From NCBI GenBank assembly GCA_044226015.1, contig JBGAHS010000004.1, positions 672,001 through 736,000 on the forward strand: a stretch of DNA of 64,000 nucleotides, written 5' to 3'. Source of the DNA: Candidatus Obscuribacteraceae bacterium (lineage in GTDB: Bacteria; Cyanobacteriota; Vampirovibrionia; Obscuribacterales; Obscuribacteraceae). Shown one piece after another: positions 9,690 through 19,946 of this stretch; position 1 is the stretch's first letter, and each line of letters begins with the position of its first letter. The position numbers and the translations under genes were made by a program. The notes beneath the pieces were generated by a model that ran no database searches, was not told where the DNA came from, and was given only the letters and a program-made list of their open reading frames with translations.

Positions 9690-10997
9690 CTATTGCTCAG
9701 ACATTGCTTTCTTCCACTCACTCATCTGTTCGAGGATTTGCTCTCTGATAGCTTTCACTTTTGAAGTCTTTTTCATCAGCTTTTCTACTTGAGCAAAATC
9801 GTGATTTTCGAATGCTCTGGCACCCTCTTTCGAAAGCCGATCAAGTTCGCGTGTAATAGCTCTTCCTAAAAGATCTAGTGCGGAATTCAAGTCGGGTTCG
9901 TTCATGTTCTTTTGCGCATTTCCAATCTCAGCTGGAATAGATGAATCAGCCGAGCTTGAAGCACCCGAAGTCGACTCAGTCTCCGCCGAATTGGCTGCAA
10001 ATGCTGCACTAGCAGCACTTGCCGCGCTTGCAGCAGCTGCAGCGGCGGCTGTCGCCTTCGGGATTCGGTTTCTGCCTGTAGTTGATTGTTGCGCCCGACT
10101 CATTTGTTGGGCTGATTTAGGAGATTGGGTCGGGTTACTTTCAGGGCTTGCAGCAGCACTCTGTGGTGCCGAATTCAATGTCTGAATAGGCTTATCATCT
10201 TCGAAAATGCCGGTATGATTCTTCAAATAGTCACTGGAGTTGGGTTTTAGGTGAGCAAATTGATCTTCTCCCATCGGTTTAGGAGGAAGTCCTTGTTTTG
10301 ATGAGCCCAGTCCAAAAACATCCTCATCTGATGCATCTCCCTTTGAGACCTTAATCAAATGTCCAAAAATCTGCTTCGCGACGGTTGGAAGCTGCCCCAT
10401 CCCAAAAGAATTATTCGAGTCCATGCTCCATTTAAGTTCGCCATCCCAAACGGGAAAGAACTCGAAGAATCTAGTGTATGCGTTTACGTTATTTTCAAAA
10501 CCAATCAGGTGGTCCGAAGGAATTACATAACCCTCAATGTGACTCAGATTTCCGCGAATGACTAGTGTCCATGCGCGCATGGATAGTCTGCCTGTGTAAT
10601 GGAAGTGATCGCTTCCCTGCATTTTTGAAATGAGTTCAGGTGTAATTGATGCTCTGTCCGTTTCGATTCGCAATTTAGGATCACTTATCTGGCGGTTATA
10701 CTCAGCTTCGTATTGTTGAAACAGATCAAACAGGCGATCTACCCATTTTACTTGGGTTTGTGAAATCGATGGATGAGCAAACTGAGCAGGAAGTGGCGCG
10801 GGTGAACTTGTAGATCCTGCGGGCTTGCGCATTACCTCAACTGGTTCATCAGGAATTTCATCGTTTTCATCTTGAGTCAAATCACTCAACCATTTTGTGG
10901 TTTCTTTTCCTGTTCGCGGTTTGATATTGCCAAGAATCATTTCACTAAACTGACCCTTCTTTTTGTTGTTAGGGTCCCCACCAGATTGATTTGACAT
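9690..10997 (-). CDS. hypothetical protein with Ala/Ser-rich linker and C-terminal helical bundle
   Basis: 435-aa ORF, last in a run of minus-strand genes. Confidence 0.75.
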   Translation of the reverse strand: MSNQSGGDPNNKKKGQFSEMILGNIKPRTGKETTKWLSDLTQDENDEIPDEPVEVMRKPAGSTSSPAPLPAQFAHPSISQTQVKWVDRLFDLFQQYEAEYNRQISDPKLRIETDRASITPELISKMQGSDHFHYTGRLSMRAWTLVIRGNLSHIEGYVIPSDHLIGFENNVNAYTRFFEFFPVWDGELKWSMDSNNSFGMGQLPTVAKQIFGHLIKVSKGDASDEDVFGLGSSKQGLPPKPMGEDQFAHLKPNSSDYLKNHTGIFEDDKPIQTLNSAPQSAAASPESNPTQSPKSAQQMSRAQQSTTGRNRIPKATAAAAAAASAASAASAAFAANSAETESTSGASSSADSSIPAEIGNAQKNMNEPDLNSALDLLGRAITRELDRLSKEGARAFENHDFAQVEKLMKKTSKVKAIREQILEQMSEWKKAMSEQ

Positions 10998-11045
10998 TTG
11001 CTATTCGCCTCGATGTAGTACTAGTTTTTTACCATGCCGACCAGA

Positions 11046-14000
11046 TCACTTAACGTCCGCTGGCACAGTTCCAGCAACGCTTGTGGTTAAATTCTCTATT
11101 TTCATATATTTTGAAATTGCGGCATTTGCCTCTTTCAATGTGACTTTCTGCAGCGCTAAAGGATAGGTATCCATGAATTCTGGGCCCAAACCTAATGCAC
11201 CATATTTGGTGAGGGATTCTGCAAGATGTTTTGGGGTCCGCATTCGGTGCACAACATATTCGCCGGACATACGCTGCTTTTCCATGGACAATTCTTCGGC
11301 AGTCATGCCTTTTGAAACGAAGTCAGAGATAATTCCGCGAACAAGTTTCAGCGCCTTCGTTGTATTCTCGGGGTTCACCGTGAGCTCTACTTCCCATGGT
11401 GACCACGACTCTGCGTTTTCTGCAAACATTGAAGTGATTCCATAGGTCAATCCGTGTTTCTCTCTGACAGCAGCCAGTCTAGAAGCAATGGTGTCGTGCC
11501 CTAGTGCCGAATTCGCCAATTGTGCTGCGCAGAAATCCTTGCTCTTTATATTTACGTTGGCTGGAGCGGCCATGATTATGTTGACGCTCGATTTGTCAGG
11601 AATTTGACTTATTATCAGTTTGCCAGGTTTGGTTTCACACGCACATTTTGTAACAGACATACTAGCTTCGTCGCCTGCCGCCCAAGCTCCAAAGTATTTT
11701 TCAGCAAGGTTGAAGGCGTCTGTTTCGCTAATGTCTCCGACCACTGCCAGCACCAGGTTCTTTCCAACAAATTGTTTCTTGTGAAACTCGCGCAAGTCGT
11801 GTGTGGAAATATTTTTTAGTTCTTCTAATTGGCTGGAAAATGGTTTGTGATAATAAACACAATCAGCTGTGTACAAAGAGCCACTCAAGACATTGTCGGC
11901 CATTGCTCCTGTGTCGACAAGGGCGTCACGCAAACTAGCATCTCGTTGCTTGATTATTTTTTCCAACTCGTCCTTGTGCAGATTCGGATTGTACAAAGAA
12001 TCCGATAGAACTGAGAGGAGTTTTTCGAAATCCTCCGATACTACCTCGGAGTCAAATTCAGTCCAGAACGTTGATTCGTCAACTTCGAGTGTGATTCCCA
12101 TTGATTCAAGAATGTCTGCGAGTTGTTCTTTGCTGTAGGATTTCGAGCCTTTCGTCAGCATTTCGCCGAGCAACGAAGGCACCAGTCCCTTGTCTGCTTG
12201 CCTGAGGGAGTTCCCGCCTTTTAATTTGCCGGATATCGCTACTACGCCGGTTCCTCTAACGGGCATGTAGTAGATGCTGGCACCGTTTGCTAGAACTTTT
12301 ATTTTCGTCTTCGATGCAATCATACCTTTTGATGGACTCGCCGATGACACAGACGTTGTGACACTAGCTGTGGTGCTCGCCGCGATTTTTGTAGAAGCAT
12401 TAGACTCGGTTCCGACCGGCGCGATGCTTGTAGGAGCATTAGCCTCGGATCCGATCGACGCGATTTCTCTAGCATCTTTGAATTGGGATGCGCTTGTCGC
12501 GATTCTTGCAATACCTTTGATTTGGGATCCGCTCGCTGTATTCACCGAATCGGCTCCTGCACCAACAGATCTCTCCGCCGCACCAACAGATCTCTCCGCC
12601 GCACCAACAGATCTATCCGCAGCACCAACAACCGATCTCTCCGCCGCATCAGGAGGCTCTAAAACCGTAACAGAGGAAGTTTCGGTATAGGCAACAGGGC
12701 GGAGTCCATCAGTTGCTTTGGGCAATGCACCTTTTTTCTCCGCTTCCTCCTTATCCTTCGGCAAGTAAAAACCCACAGAGCGATTGGATGCTTTGAAATA
12801 TTTTTTTGCGACGCGCTGCACGTCTGCAGCCGTGACTGCCTTGATTTTTGGTTCCAGATTGAGCCACCACTGCCAATCGGCGACCGCCTCGGCATCCGCG
12901 ATCTGTTGGGCAAAATTCATAGGGTCGTCTGACATCAAACGCCCCTTCTTCCAGACTGCCTTCTTCGCCTTATCCAGATCGGCATCCGAAACAGGATTCT
13001 TCGCGAGATTTTCGATAGTGTCCTCTATCGACTTTTGAATTCTTTCCAGCTTCGTTCCATTGGTCGCTGATGCGTAAATCGTGAACAGTCCCGGGTCTTT
13101 CATTGAAAAATTGGCAGCATAAGCTTCAGACGCTAACCCACTATCAATTAGTGCCGTGTAAAGGCGGCTTGATTGTCTTCGATTATCACCCAAAAGTGAT
13201 GCTAGAACCTCCAGTGGGAATGTGTCAGGATCTTTCGCGTTAGGAATGTGGTAGCCAATCATCAACTTTGGTAATTCATCACCTCGCTGAACGATGAATT
13301 TTCGTTCGCCTTCTTGGGCTGGCTCTGTGGTGTAGACCTTAGGGAAAGGTTTTGGCGCCGCCGGAACCTTCGAGAAATATTTGTTGATCATCGTCAGCGC
13401 GTCGGCTGTTTTGAAGTCACCGATCACCAGCAGGGTTGCATTGTTTGGATAATAAAAGTCATGAAAGAACTGTCTCAATCGCTCGATTGGAACACCTTCA
13501 ACGTCTGAGCGCCAACCGATTACAGGATGGTGATAGGGATGCTCGCGAAAAGCAGTTGCGAAAAGTTGGTTGGTCAAAATTTCTTCAGCCTCATTCTCGC
13601 CACGCTCTAGCTCATTGCGCACAACAGTCATCTCTGATTGCCTGTCACTGCTGCGCAATAATGCATTCCGCATTCTGTCTGCCTCTACTTCCAGGCACAC
13701 TTCCAGATTTTTTGATGGAACCACTTCATAGTAATTCGTTCTGTCATAGCTGGTGGTTGCATTATTCAGCCCACCCATTGGCTTGAGCAAATCGTCTAAG
13801 CCAGTGCCTTTTAACGGGTCGTGTTTCGCTGTGCCTTTGAACATCATATGTTCTAGAAAGTGAGTGGACCCCGTGTATCCTACCGCCTCATTTCTTGAGC
13901 CCACCTTGTAGACAACCATAACTGTCACGACGGGCGAATTGTGTTTCTCTTGCAAAAGAACTTTAAGACCGTTGGAATTCAAGCGATACTCTTTGAGATT

Positions 14001-14270
14001 GCTGGCTTTGTCTTCTTTGACAAAGCTCAGCGTTGTTGCCGCTGCCTTGGCGCTCGCGGCACTCCACGCATTCGAGTTGCCAGACTGATATCCGACCATG
14101 AATGAAAAAGCTAGGAATGCAGTTATCGTCTTCCTGACAACGTGGCTCGCCATGATTCGTCTCCAGCTAAGTGTCGCGTAGCTGCTGATCTTATCAATTT
14201 TCGTGGCTAATAAGTTGCCAGAAGCAAAAGCTGTTACTCTGTTTTTGAGCCAGGAATCGCTGGAGTCCAA
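11046..14270 (-). CDS. secreted M16 (pitrilysin/insulinase) family zinc protease with two fused halves (start probably 14153)
   Basis: VGSRNE...HFLEHMMFKG inverted HxxEH motif, NATTSYDRTNY, HPYHHPVIGW; second half has VREKHGLTY. Confidence 0.92.
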   Translation of the reverse strand: MDSSDSWLKNRVTAFASGNLLATKIDKISSYATLSWRRIMASHVVRKTITAFLAFSFMVGYQSGNSNAWSAASAKAAATTLSFVKEDKASNLKEYRLNSNGLKVLLQEKHNSPVVTVMVVYKVGSRNEAVGYTGSTHFLEHMMFKGTAKHDPLKGTGLDDLLKPMGGLNNATTSYDRTNYYEVVPSKNLEVCLEVEADRMRNALLRSSDRQSEMTVVRNELERGENEAEEILTNQLFATAFREHPYHHPVIGWRSDVEGVPIERLRQFFHDFYYPNNATLLVIGDFKTADALTMINKYFSKVPAAPKPFPKVYTTEPAQEGERKFIVQRGDELPKLMIGYHIPNAKDPDTFPLEVLASLLGDNRRQSSRLYTALIDSGLASEAYAANFSMKDPGLFTIYASATNGTKLERIQKSIEDTIENLAKNPVSDADLDKAKKAVWKKGRLMSDDPMNFAQQIADAEAVADWQWWLNLEPKIKAVTAADVQRVAKKYFKASNRSVGFYLPKDKEEAEKKGALPKATDGLRPVAYTETSSVTVLEPPDAAERSVVGAADRSVGAAERSVGAAERSVGAGADSVNTASGSQIKGIARIATSASQFKDAREIASIGSEANAPTSIAPVGTESNASTKIAASTTASVTTSVSSASPSKGMIASKTKIKVLANGASIYYMPVRGTGVVAISGKLKGGNSLRQADKGLVPSLLGEMLTKGSKSYSKEQLADILESMGITLEVDESTFWTEFDSEVVSEDFEKLLSVLSDSLYNPNLHKDELEKIIKQRDASLRDALVDTGAMADNVLSGSLYTADCVYYHKPFSSQLEELKNISTHDLREFHKKQFVGKNLVLAVVGDISETDAFNLAEKYFGAWAAGDEASMSVTKCACETKPGKLIISQIPDKSSVNIIMAAPANVNIKSKDFCAAQLANSALGHDTIASRLAAVREKHGLTYGITSMFAENAESWSPWEVELTVNPENTTKALKLVRGIISDFVSKGMTAEELSMEKQRMSGEYVVHRMRTPKHLAESLTKYGALGLGPEFMDTYPLALQKVTLKEANAAISKYMKIENLTTSVAGTVPADVK
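12556..12648 (-). repeat. in-frame 21-bp repeat (AERSVGA) in the M16 interdomain linker
   Basis: gcaccaacagatctctccgcc repeated about 4 times. Confidence 0.85.
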
Positions 14271-15997
14271 TTCGTGACACTGTCTTTCTTTTCTATGTTT
14301 GAAGTAAAGAAATGCCAGTCGTGTGAACCCTTGCGACCACTGTAAGGGTTCTGCTTCCCCATGCCAGCCGTACTGCTTATTGAACTGTTTCCTGAGCTGT
14401 TGGAATGTGAACTTTGTTTTGGTCGACTGTTGGATAAAACTGCTTTCTTGTCTTTCGATTCTTTCGCACTAAGCTGAAGTTTTTCTCTACCCAGACGCTT
14501 TCTTAATTCTCGAATCTTTGCGTCAAGCTCCGCTTCCGACAATTTTGTTGGATCTAGATTTTCAGTTTTTGGGACATCGCTTTTGTCAGTATCGGTCTGA
14601 CTCAGTTCTTTGTCTGGGGATTTTGAGCTGTCTGTGTTCTTAGCACCGTCGCTGCTCAGGCTATCTGTGTGGCTGTTTTTTGAAGTATCTTGGTCTTGCG
14701 TGTGATCGTTGCTTTGCGGATCACCCTTTTTTTGCACAGTCGAGCTTCCTGTTTGTTTCGTATCTTCTGTCGAGCCGCTGGAAGCCGTCCTGGAAGCTGT
14801 CGAGGGAGAATTCTCACAAGTGGACGGCTGATTGAACTTCGTCAGGAAGTATGTTGCGGTGCTTATGCCAATACCGAGCCCTAGAGCTGCTCCGACGGCA
14901 TATATTATTATTGCTTTGCGCGGTTTTGCACCAGATACGGTGCTCTTGCCGCTTGTGGAACCATGCCGATCATTGAACCCCATCGCAAGCGGCTTCATCT
15001 TTGCTGCAGCGTTTGTGGTCTTCTTGTTTTTTGCTTTAAGCTTCGGAAGCATAGCGTCCATCAACTCATCTTTGAGTTCTTGCATGGAGCTTTGTCGCTC
15101 TTCAGGATTCTTCGAAAGCGCCTTCATTACCACGAGTTCGAGCGACTCGGGTATCTCTAGATCGGGACGAATCTCAGCGAATGATTTGGGGATCTCATTC
15201 ATTTGACGTGCAATTGTCTCAGCAAAAACTGCACCAAGAAAAGGCACTTTTCCAGTCAAACATTCGTACATCAAAATTCCCAGAGCATAAATGTCAGAGC
15301 GGCTATCGAGCTGATGTCCAAGACACTGTTCAGGAGCCATGTATATTGGGCTTCCGAAAATCTCTCCTGAGTTGGTGAGCTTTTGTGATTCTTCAGCGGG
15401 GTCGAGAGCTTTAGCTAGGCCAAAGTCAACGACTTTGACAAAATCAGGATTACCATCGTAGTTAACGAGCATGACGTTGCTTGGTTTTAGATCCCTGTGG
15501 ATAATCCCTTTGGCGTGGGCGTTCCCTACACCGTCACAAATCTGAGCAAAAATATCTACTGCTCGATGTGGTTCAAGATGGTCCTGCTGATCAATCAATT
15601 GATCAAGACCAACTCCATCCAGATATTCAATAACAATGAAGGCTTCGCCTTCGGGTCCCTGTCCATAGTCTGTTAATTGAACTACGTTAGGATGATTGAT
15701 CTTTCCTGAGGCTTTTGCTTCACGCAAAAACCGCTTGCACATTTCAGGGTCATCAGCTACCTCAGGTAAAAGCATTTTGATGGCGACAGCTCTGTCTATT
15801 TCAATATGGCGAGCTTTATACACTGCTCCCATACCACCATGACCTAGTAATTTTTGAAGTTCGTACCGATTATCGAGGATCATTCCGATGCGCGCCATGT
15901 GCCCGGATATGCGCTTCGCTTCTCTTGTGTTGTGTACACGAACGGTATTATGGTCTCTATCAGTCATAGCAATCCTGTGCGATGCTGGTTTTGCCAC
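14234..15997 (-). CDS. membrane-anchored Ser/Thr protein kinase
   Basis: GHGGMG, VAIK, HRDLKPSN, DFG and YMAPE motifs; TM segment IIIYAVGAALGLGIGI. Confidence 0.93.
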   Translation of the reverse strand: MAKPASHRIAMTDRDHNTVRVHNTREAKRISGHMARIGMILDNRYELQKLLGHGGMGAVYKARHIEIDRAVAIKMLLPEVADDPEMCKRFLREAKASGKINHPNVVQLTDYGQGPEGEAFIVIEYLDGVGLDQLIDQQDHLEPHRAVDIFAQICDGVGNAHAKGIIHRDLKPSNVMLVNYDGNPDFVKVVDFGLAKALDPAEESQKLTNSGEIFGSPIYMAPEQCLGHQLDSRSDIYALGILMYECLTGKVPFLGAVFAETIARQMNEIPKSFAEIRPDLEIPESLELVVMKALSKNPEERQSSMQELKDELMDAMLPKLKAKNKKTTNAAAKMKPLAMGFNDRHGSTSGKSTVSGAKPRKAIIIYAVGAALGLGIGISTATYFLTKFNQPSTCENSPSTASRTASSGSTEDTKQTGSSTVQKKGDPQSNDHTQDQDTSKNSHTDSLSSDGAKNTDSSKSPDKELSQTDTDKSDVPKTENLDPTKLSEAELDAKIRELRKRLGREKLQLSAKESKDKKAVLSNSRPKQSSHSNSSGNSSISSTAGMGKQNPYSGRKGSHDWHFFTSNIEKKDSVTNWTPAIPGSKTE

Positions 15998-16182
15998 CTG
16001 TAATCAAGCTCATTCTATATATACGAGGCTCTTGATAGCAAATTGCTTTGATTAATTGTACTCCTTTCTTTGTCTGGCTACTATTTCACCTTGATTGCAT
16101 CCTTTCCGGCTAGTCTTGAGTGTACGGCTGGTCTTGAGCCAGGCACTTTCCGGGTGGTCGCAGTGTCAGTGCGCCCGCACTG

Positions 16183-16477
16183 CGGAAACCTAAGCGGTAC
16201 CGGTTGAGTTAAAAGGTTTTTCTGCGCCAGCGCCAGCACGAAGATTTTCGCGGAAACCGAAGCGGTACCGGTTGAGTTAGAAGGTTTTTCTGCGCCAGTG
16301 TCAGCACTAAGATTTTCGCGGAAACCGAAGCGGTACCGCTTGAGTCAAAAGGTTTTTCTGCGCCAGCGCGGCGCGAAGATTTTCGCGGGAACTGAAGCGG
16401 TACCGGTTGAGTTAGAAGGTTTTTCTGCGGCAGCGCGGCGCGAAGATTTTCGCGGGAACTGAAGCGGTACCGGTTGA
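16183..16477. repeat. CGGTACCG-family long-unit array (~66-68 bp, 5 cores)
   Basis: Core GAAGCGGTACCG(G/C)TTGAGT plus linker GTTTTTCTGCG...AAGATTTTC, immediately 3' of the SDR gene. Confidence 0.93.
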
Positions 16478-16490
16478 TTGGAACGCGTCC

Positions 16491-17345
16491 CTATTTCCTA
16501 GCCTTTCGCTCCGCCGGTACGAGGCTGGTCAAATACATAGTGAGGTCGGGAAAAAATCCCGACATTCGCTCAACAATAATTCCAGGAGCTGTAAGAACCA
16601 ATTCGTGGCTTCCTCCACGCTTCATTGCTTTTATTGTGTCGTCTGAGGCCTGTTCGGAGCTAATGCTCAACATGTTTTTCATCAACCAACCTTTGAGGTC
16701 ATTTCTCTCGGCTATTGCAGAAGGATCTTCTGCCGTGTTGTTTCTCTTGAAGAACTCTGTTCTAACCCAGCCTGGGCAAACCGTAATTGTGTCGAATTTG
16801 CCAGCAAACTCCGCCGCCATGCCCTCGGAGAATCCGGTCAGCGCAAACTTGCTGGAGGCATAGCAGATGCTGCCCGGAAACGATACTTTTCCAGCAACAC
16901 TCGCGATATTCACGATTTTGCCGAAGCCCTGGTCTAGAAAGTTCGGAAGCGCTTTGTATGTCAGATTCAACGCCGCGAAAAAATTCACTTCAAAGACGTA
17001 TCGCCAGTCGTCGAGGCTTAGTCCTGTCATCGGTCCAGACCGCGCAAGACCGGCATTATTGACCAAAGCATCAATGCCCCCAAATTCACCTTTGCACTGC
17101 TCGATCATCTCAGTGGCAACTGATTCGTCCGAAACGTCTCCAATCACACACCTGGCCTCACCACCTGCTTTTCTTACTTCTTCGGCAGCTTTCTGCAAAT
17201 CGTCTTCACCACGAGCATTCATGATGATTTTCGCCTTGTATTCTTTACTCAGCTGAACCGCCATCGCTTTGCCAATTCCAGTGGAAGCTCCGCTGATTAT
17301 GACTCTCATGCCGTTGTGCATCGCTGTTTGTGGCGTCGTGCCCAT
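16491..17345 (-). CDS. short-chain dehydrogenase/reductase
   Basis: SGASTGIG, LVNNAG and catalytic YASSK motifs. Confidence 0.95.
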   Translation of the reverse strand: MGTTPQTAMHNGMRVIISGASTGIGKAMAVQLSKEYKAKIIMNARGEDDLQKAAEEVRKAGGEARCVIGDVSDESVATEMIEQCKGEFGGIDALVNNAGLARSGPMTGLSLDDWRYVFEVNFFAALNLTYKALPNFLDQGFGKIVNIASVAGKVSFPGSICYASSKFALTGFSEGMAAEFAGKFDTITVCPGWVRTEFFKRNNTAEDPSAIAERNDLKGWLMKNMLSISSEQASDDTIKAMKRGGSHELVLTAPGIIVERMSGFFPDLTMYLTSLVPAERKARK

Positions 17346-17460
17346 ACTTTTTCCTCGTACTTGAACCCCGATAATCTACCAGAAAAAGTAATCGACTCCA
17401 CTTGTCTCGTTGGAAGTATTTGCGGGAGAGTAATATTGGACACCACTCTTAATTTTTGAA

Positions 17461-18279
17461 ATGTCCCTCGCTGCAAACAAAGGTTTCATAGGAAAGTCAT
17501 TGCTCTGCCTCGTTTTCGGGGTGATGCTTTGCACATCAACGGCGTCGGGGCAAAGCAGCGACGAGAATAAAGCTATTGATACTGGAACTTGTTCAGTCGG
17601 CGCTGCTTCTGAGAAGGCCGTTAATGCTGCTACCGGTATGGAAATGCGTCAGGTTGAGGTGCGCTCGGCAATTGATCTGCGCCCCGGAGTTGAGAACTCA
17701 ATCGATGGCGATTCTGCCGTGAATGTTGCTTTCCCTGGGGTAGTAAATAGACCTCCCGCAGCCGTAAACCGCGTTGCCGTGCCTGTTCCAATTCTCATAC
17801 CCGTAGCAGTTCCCGGAGCCGTGTCAGAGCCATCGCAACGCCCGCTAGAGCCAGTACGCAACAACTTAACTGTTAACAGGATGAATGGAGAGGTTCACTT
17901 CAAGCATTTGCAATCTCCTCATCTTGATCCGTCGCGTGCCCTTTTTATTGAAACCGGACCCGGAAATAGCTGGTGTGAGTTTAAGTTGCCCAACTGCACC
18001 GCCCGAATCGCCGCGCGATCCAAAGTTTCAGTTTTTCCTGACTCAGGAAGTATTTATTTGAAGAGTGGTTCGTTGATAGTAAGAGTGGAAAACTCAAGTA
18101 GCAGAAGGTTTTCCGTTGTTGCAGGAGATTTTGCCTGTCGGTTTCAGGGTACAACGCTTCGCGTTCAACGAGATGAACGAAAAGTGGATTTTCAGGTTCT
18201 CGAAGGAACGGTTACTGTGTTTAATCGCGTGACGGGAGAAGTAACTCGAGCTAGCCAAGTCACTCGACCTGCCAAATGA
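17461..18279 (+). CDS. secreted FecR-domain protein
   Basis: Signal peptide; IETGPGNSWCEFKL...LKSGSL...FQGT...VLEGTVTV FecR pattern. Confidence 0.75.
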   Translation: MSLAANKGFIGKSLLCLVFGVMLCTSTASGQSSDENKAIDTGTCSVGAASEKAVNAATGMEMRQVEVRSAIDLRPGVENSIDGDSAVNVAFPGVVNRPPAAVNRVAVPVPILIPVAVPGAVSEPSQRPLEPVRNNLTVNRMNGEVHFKHLQSPHLDPSRALFIETGPGNSWCEFKLPNCTARIAARSKVSVFPDSGSIYLKSGSLIVRVENSSSRRFSVVAGDFACRFQGTTLRVQRDERKVDFQVLEGTVTVFNRVTGEVTRASQVTRPAK

Positions 18280-18284
18280 TCTAA

Positions 18285-18645
18285 GGTGAAACGGTACCGC
18301 TTTGGACTCGGGACGGAAACGGTACCGTTTGAGTTTCGGGGAAATCTGCGCCGTGCCGCCGCAGAAAAACATGAAAACTGTATCGGTACCGTTTGAGTTT
18401 TGAGGAAAATCTGCGCCCCTGCCGCCGCAGAAAAACATGAAAACCGTACCGGTACCGTTTGAGTTTTGGGAAATCCTGCCGCCCCTGCCGCCGCAGAAAA
18501 ACATGAAAACTGTACCGGTACCGCTTGAGTTTTCGGGAAAATCTGCGCCCTGCCGCCGCAGAAAAACATGAGAACTACACCGCCTTGGACTCGGGATGGA
18601 AACTTTACCGATCGGGTTCGTAACGGAAACGGTACCGCTTCCGTT
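18285..18645. repeat. CGGTACCG-family long-unit array (~65 bp, 4 units plus flanking cores), linker inverted
   Basis: Core CGGTACCG(T/C)TTGAGT followed by GAAAATCT...CGCAGAAAAAC, the reverse complement of the linker at 16.2 and 46.7 kb. Confidence 0.9.
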
Positions 18646-18680
18646 ACGAGACGAGAGTTACCTCTAGTCATCCAATTGAA

Positions 18681-19700
18681 GTGTTGGAATTTGACGACTT
18701 AGGATTGGAGTGTCAGCCATCCGAGGGTCTCTACATGCTTACAACAGTAGTTGAGTCAGCAATTGGAAAACTCGGCGGGCCATTTAGCCGGGCCTTTCTT
18801 GGACAGCCTTGCAGAAAGGAGATGGGCGACAGAGGTGTCGTTCGCGGCAGAAGTGGCAACGTCTACAAACTTGAAAGTGTGCTCGGAATTGGCGGACTGA
18901 GTGTCGTATACAAAGCCATAAGAGTGAATGACGGACAAGCCGTGGCTCTGAAAGTTGCTGACGTCCAGAAAGCGCCTGAAGCGCAAGATTTACTAAAAAG
19001 AGAAGCCCAACTTATGGAAAGGCTTCAGCATCACAACATTGTGAAACTTTATGAGGCGGGTGCCACTACAGATGGTGACCCATTCATTGCGATGGAAATA
19101 CTAGAAGGTCAGACACTCGAACAAGTTTTGATAGCAGAGACCTATCTGGATGCAGAGCGCGTTTTGAGCATTGCTCTCCAGGTAGCGGCGGCAGTGCAGT
19201 ATGCACATGAGAAAGGTATTCTTCATCGTGATATAAAGCCCTCTAACATAATGTTGATGAAGCGAAACGGTTTCGAAAAAGTTGTTGTATTTGATTTCGG
19301 AATTTCATTGCCGGTCGGCGAAGACGGAAATTCGCTTGACCAGACGAGTAGCGGCAGTTTGCTTTATGCGTCTCCCGAGCAGCTCAAGGAGCAAACCAGC
19401 ACCTACAACACTGATGTTTATCAGCTGGCACTTGTAATGTTTGAGGCTATGACGGGACGTTTGCCTTTTGAGATATCTATCTCTGGGGCTATCGCATATC
19501 GAAAGGGTCCCGGACCTGTGCTTCTCAGCGATGCCGAGCTGGGTGAGCAACGGCTTTTCCCTGCTGTTCGTTGCGCCCTTGAGTCTGCTCTTCAGCGTGA
19601 TAACCGTAAAAGAACCCAAAATATGCGCAGCTTCCTGCAGGAACTCGAATTCGTCTGGGAAGAGGTAAGCTCGATTTATTTCCATGCGACAGCTGTTTGA
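18681..19700 (+). CDS. soluble Ser/Thr protein kinase (start uncertain)
   Basis: GIGGLS, VALK, HRDIKPSN, DFG and YASPE motifs; no TM segment. Confidence 0.9.
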   Translation: MLEFDDLGLECQPSEGLYMLTTVVESAIGKLGGPFSRAFLGQPCRKEMGDRGVVRGRSGNVYKLESVLGIGGLSVVYKAIRVNDGQAVALKVADVQKAPEAQDLLKREAQLMERLQHHNIVKLYEAGATTDGDPFIAMEILEGQTLEQVLIAETYLDAERVLSIALQVAAAVQYAHEKGILHRDIKPSNIMLMKRNGFEKVVVFDFGISLPVGEDGNSLDQTSSGSLLYASPEQLKEQTSTYNTDVYQLALVMFEAMTGRLPFEISISGAIAYRKGPGPVLLSDAELGEQRLFPAVRCALESALQRDNRKRTQNMRSFLQELEFVWEEVSSIYFHATAV

Positions 19701-19946
19701 CAGCATTCTCTGACGTTCTTCGCCTCATATATGCGACTGTTGAATCGTTTTGTCAGCATCTGAAGCCTGCCTCCCACGTTTTAATCTTTTTTCCAATGGC
19801 TTTGTTGGAAATCTGACTACTAAAGTGTAATTGTGGTGGTATAACGCTTTAAGAGGTTTCCAAGCGGTCGGGTGAGTTCACTTTCTATCAGAGATTTTTC
19901 ACTCCCTCGTTGAACCGTTTGAGCCCTTTCCTGGAGGTCCTCAGCC

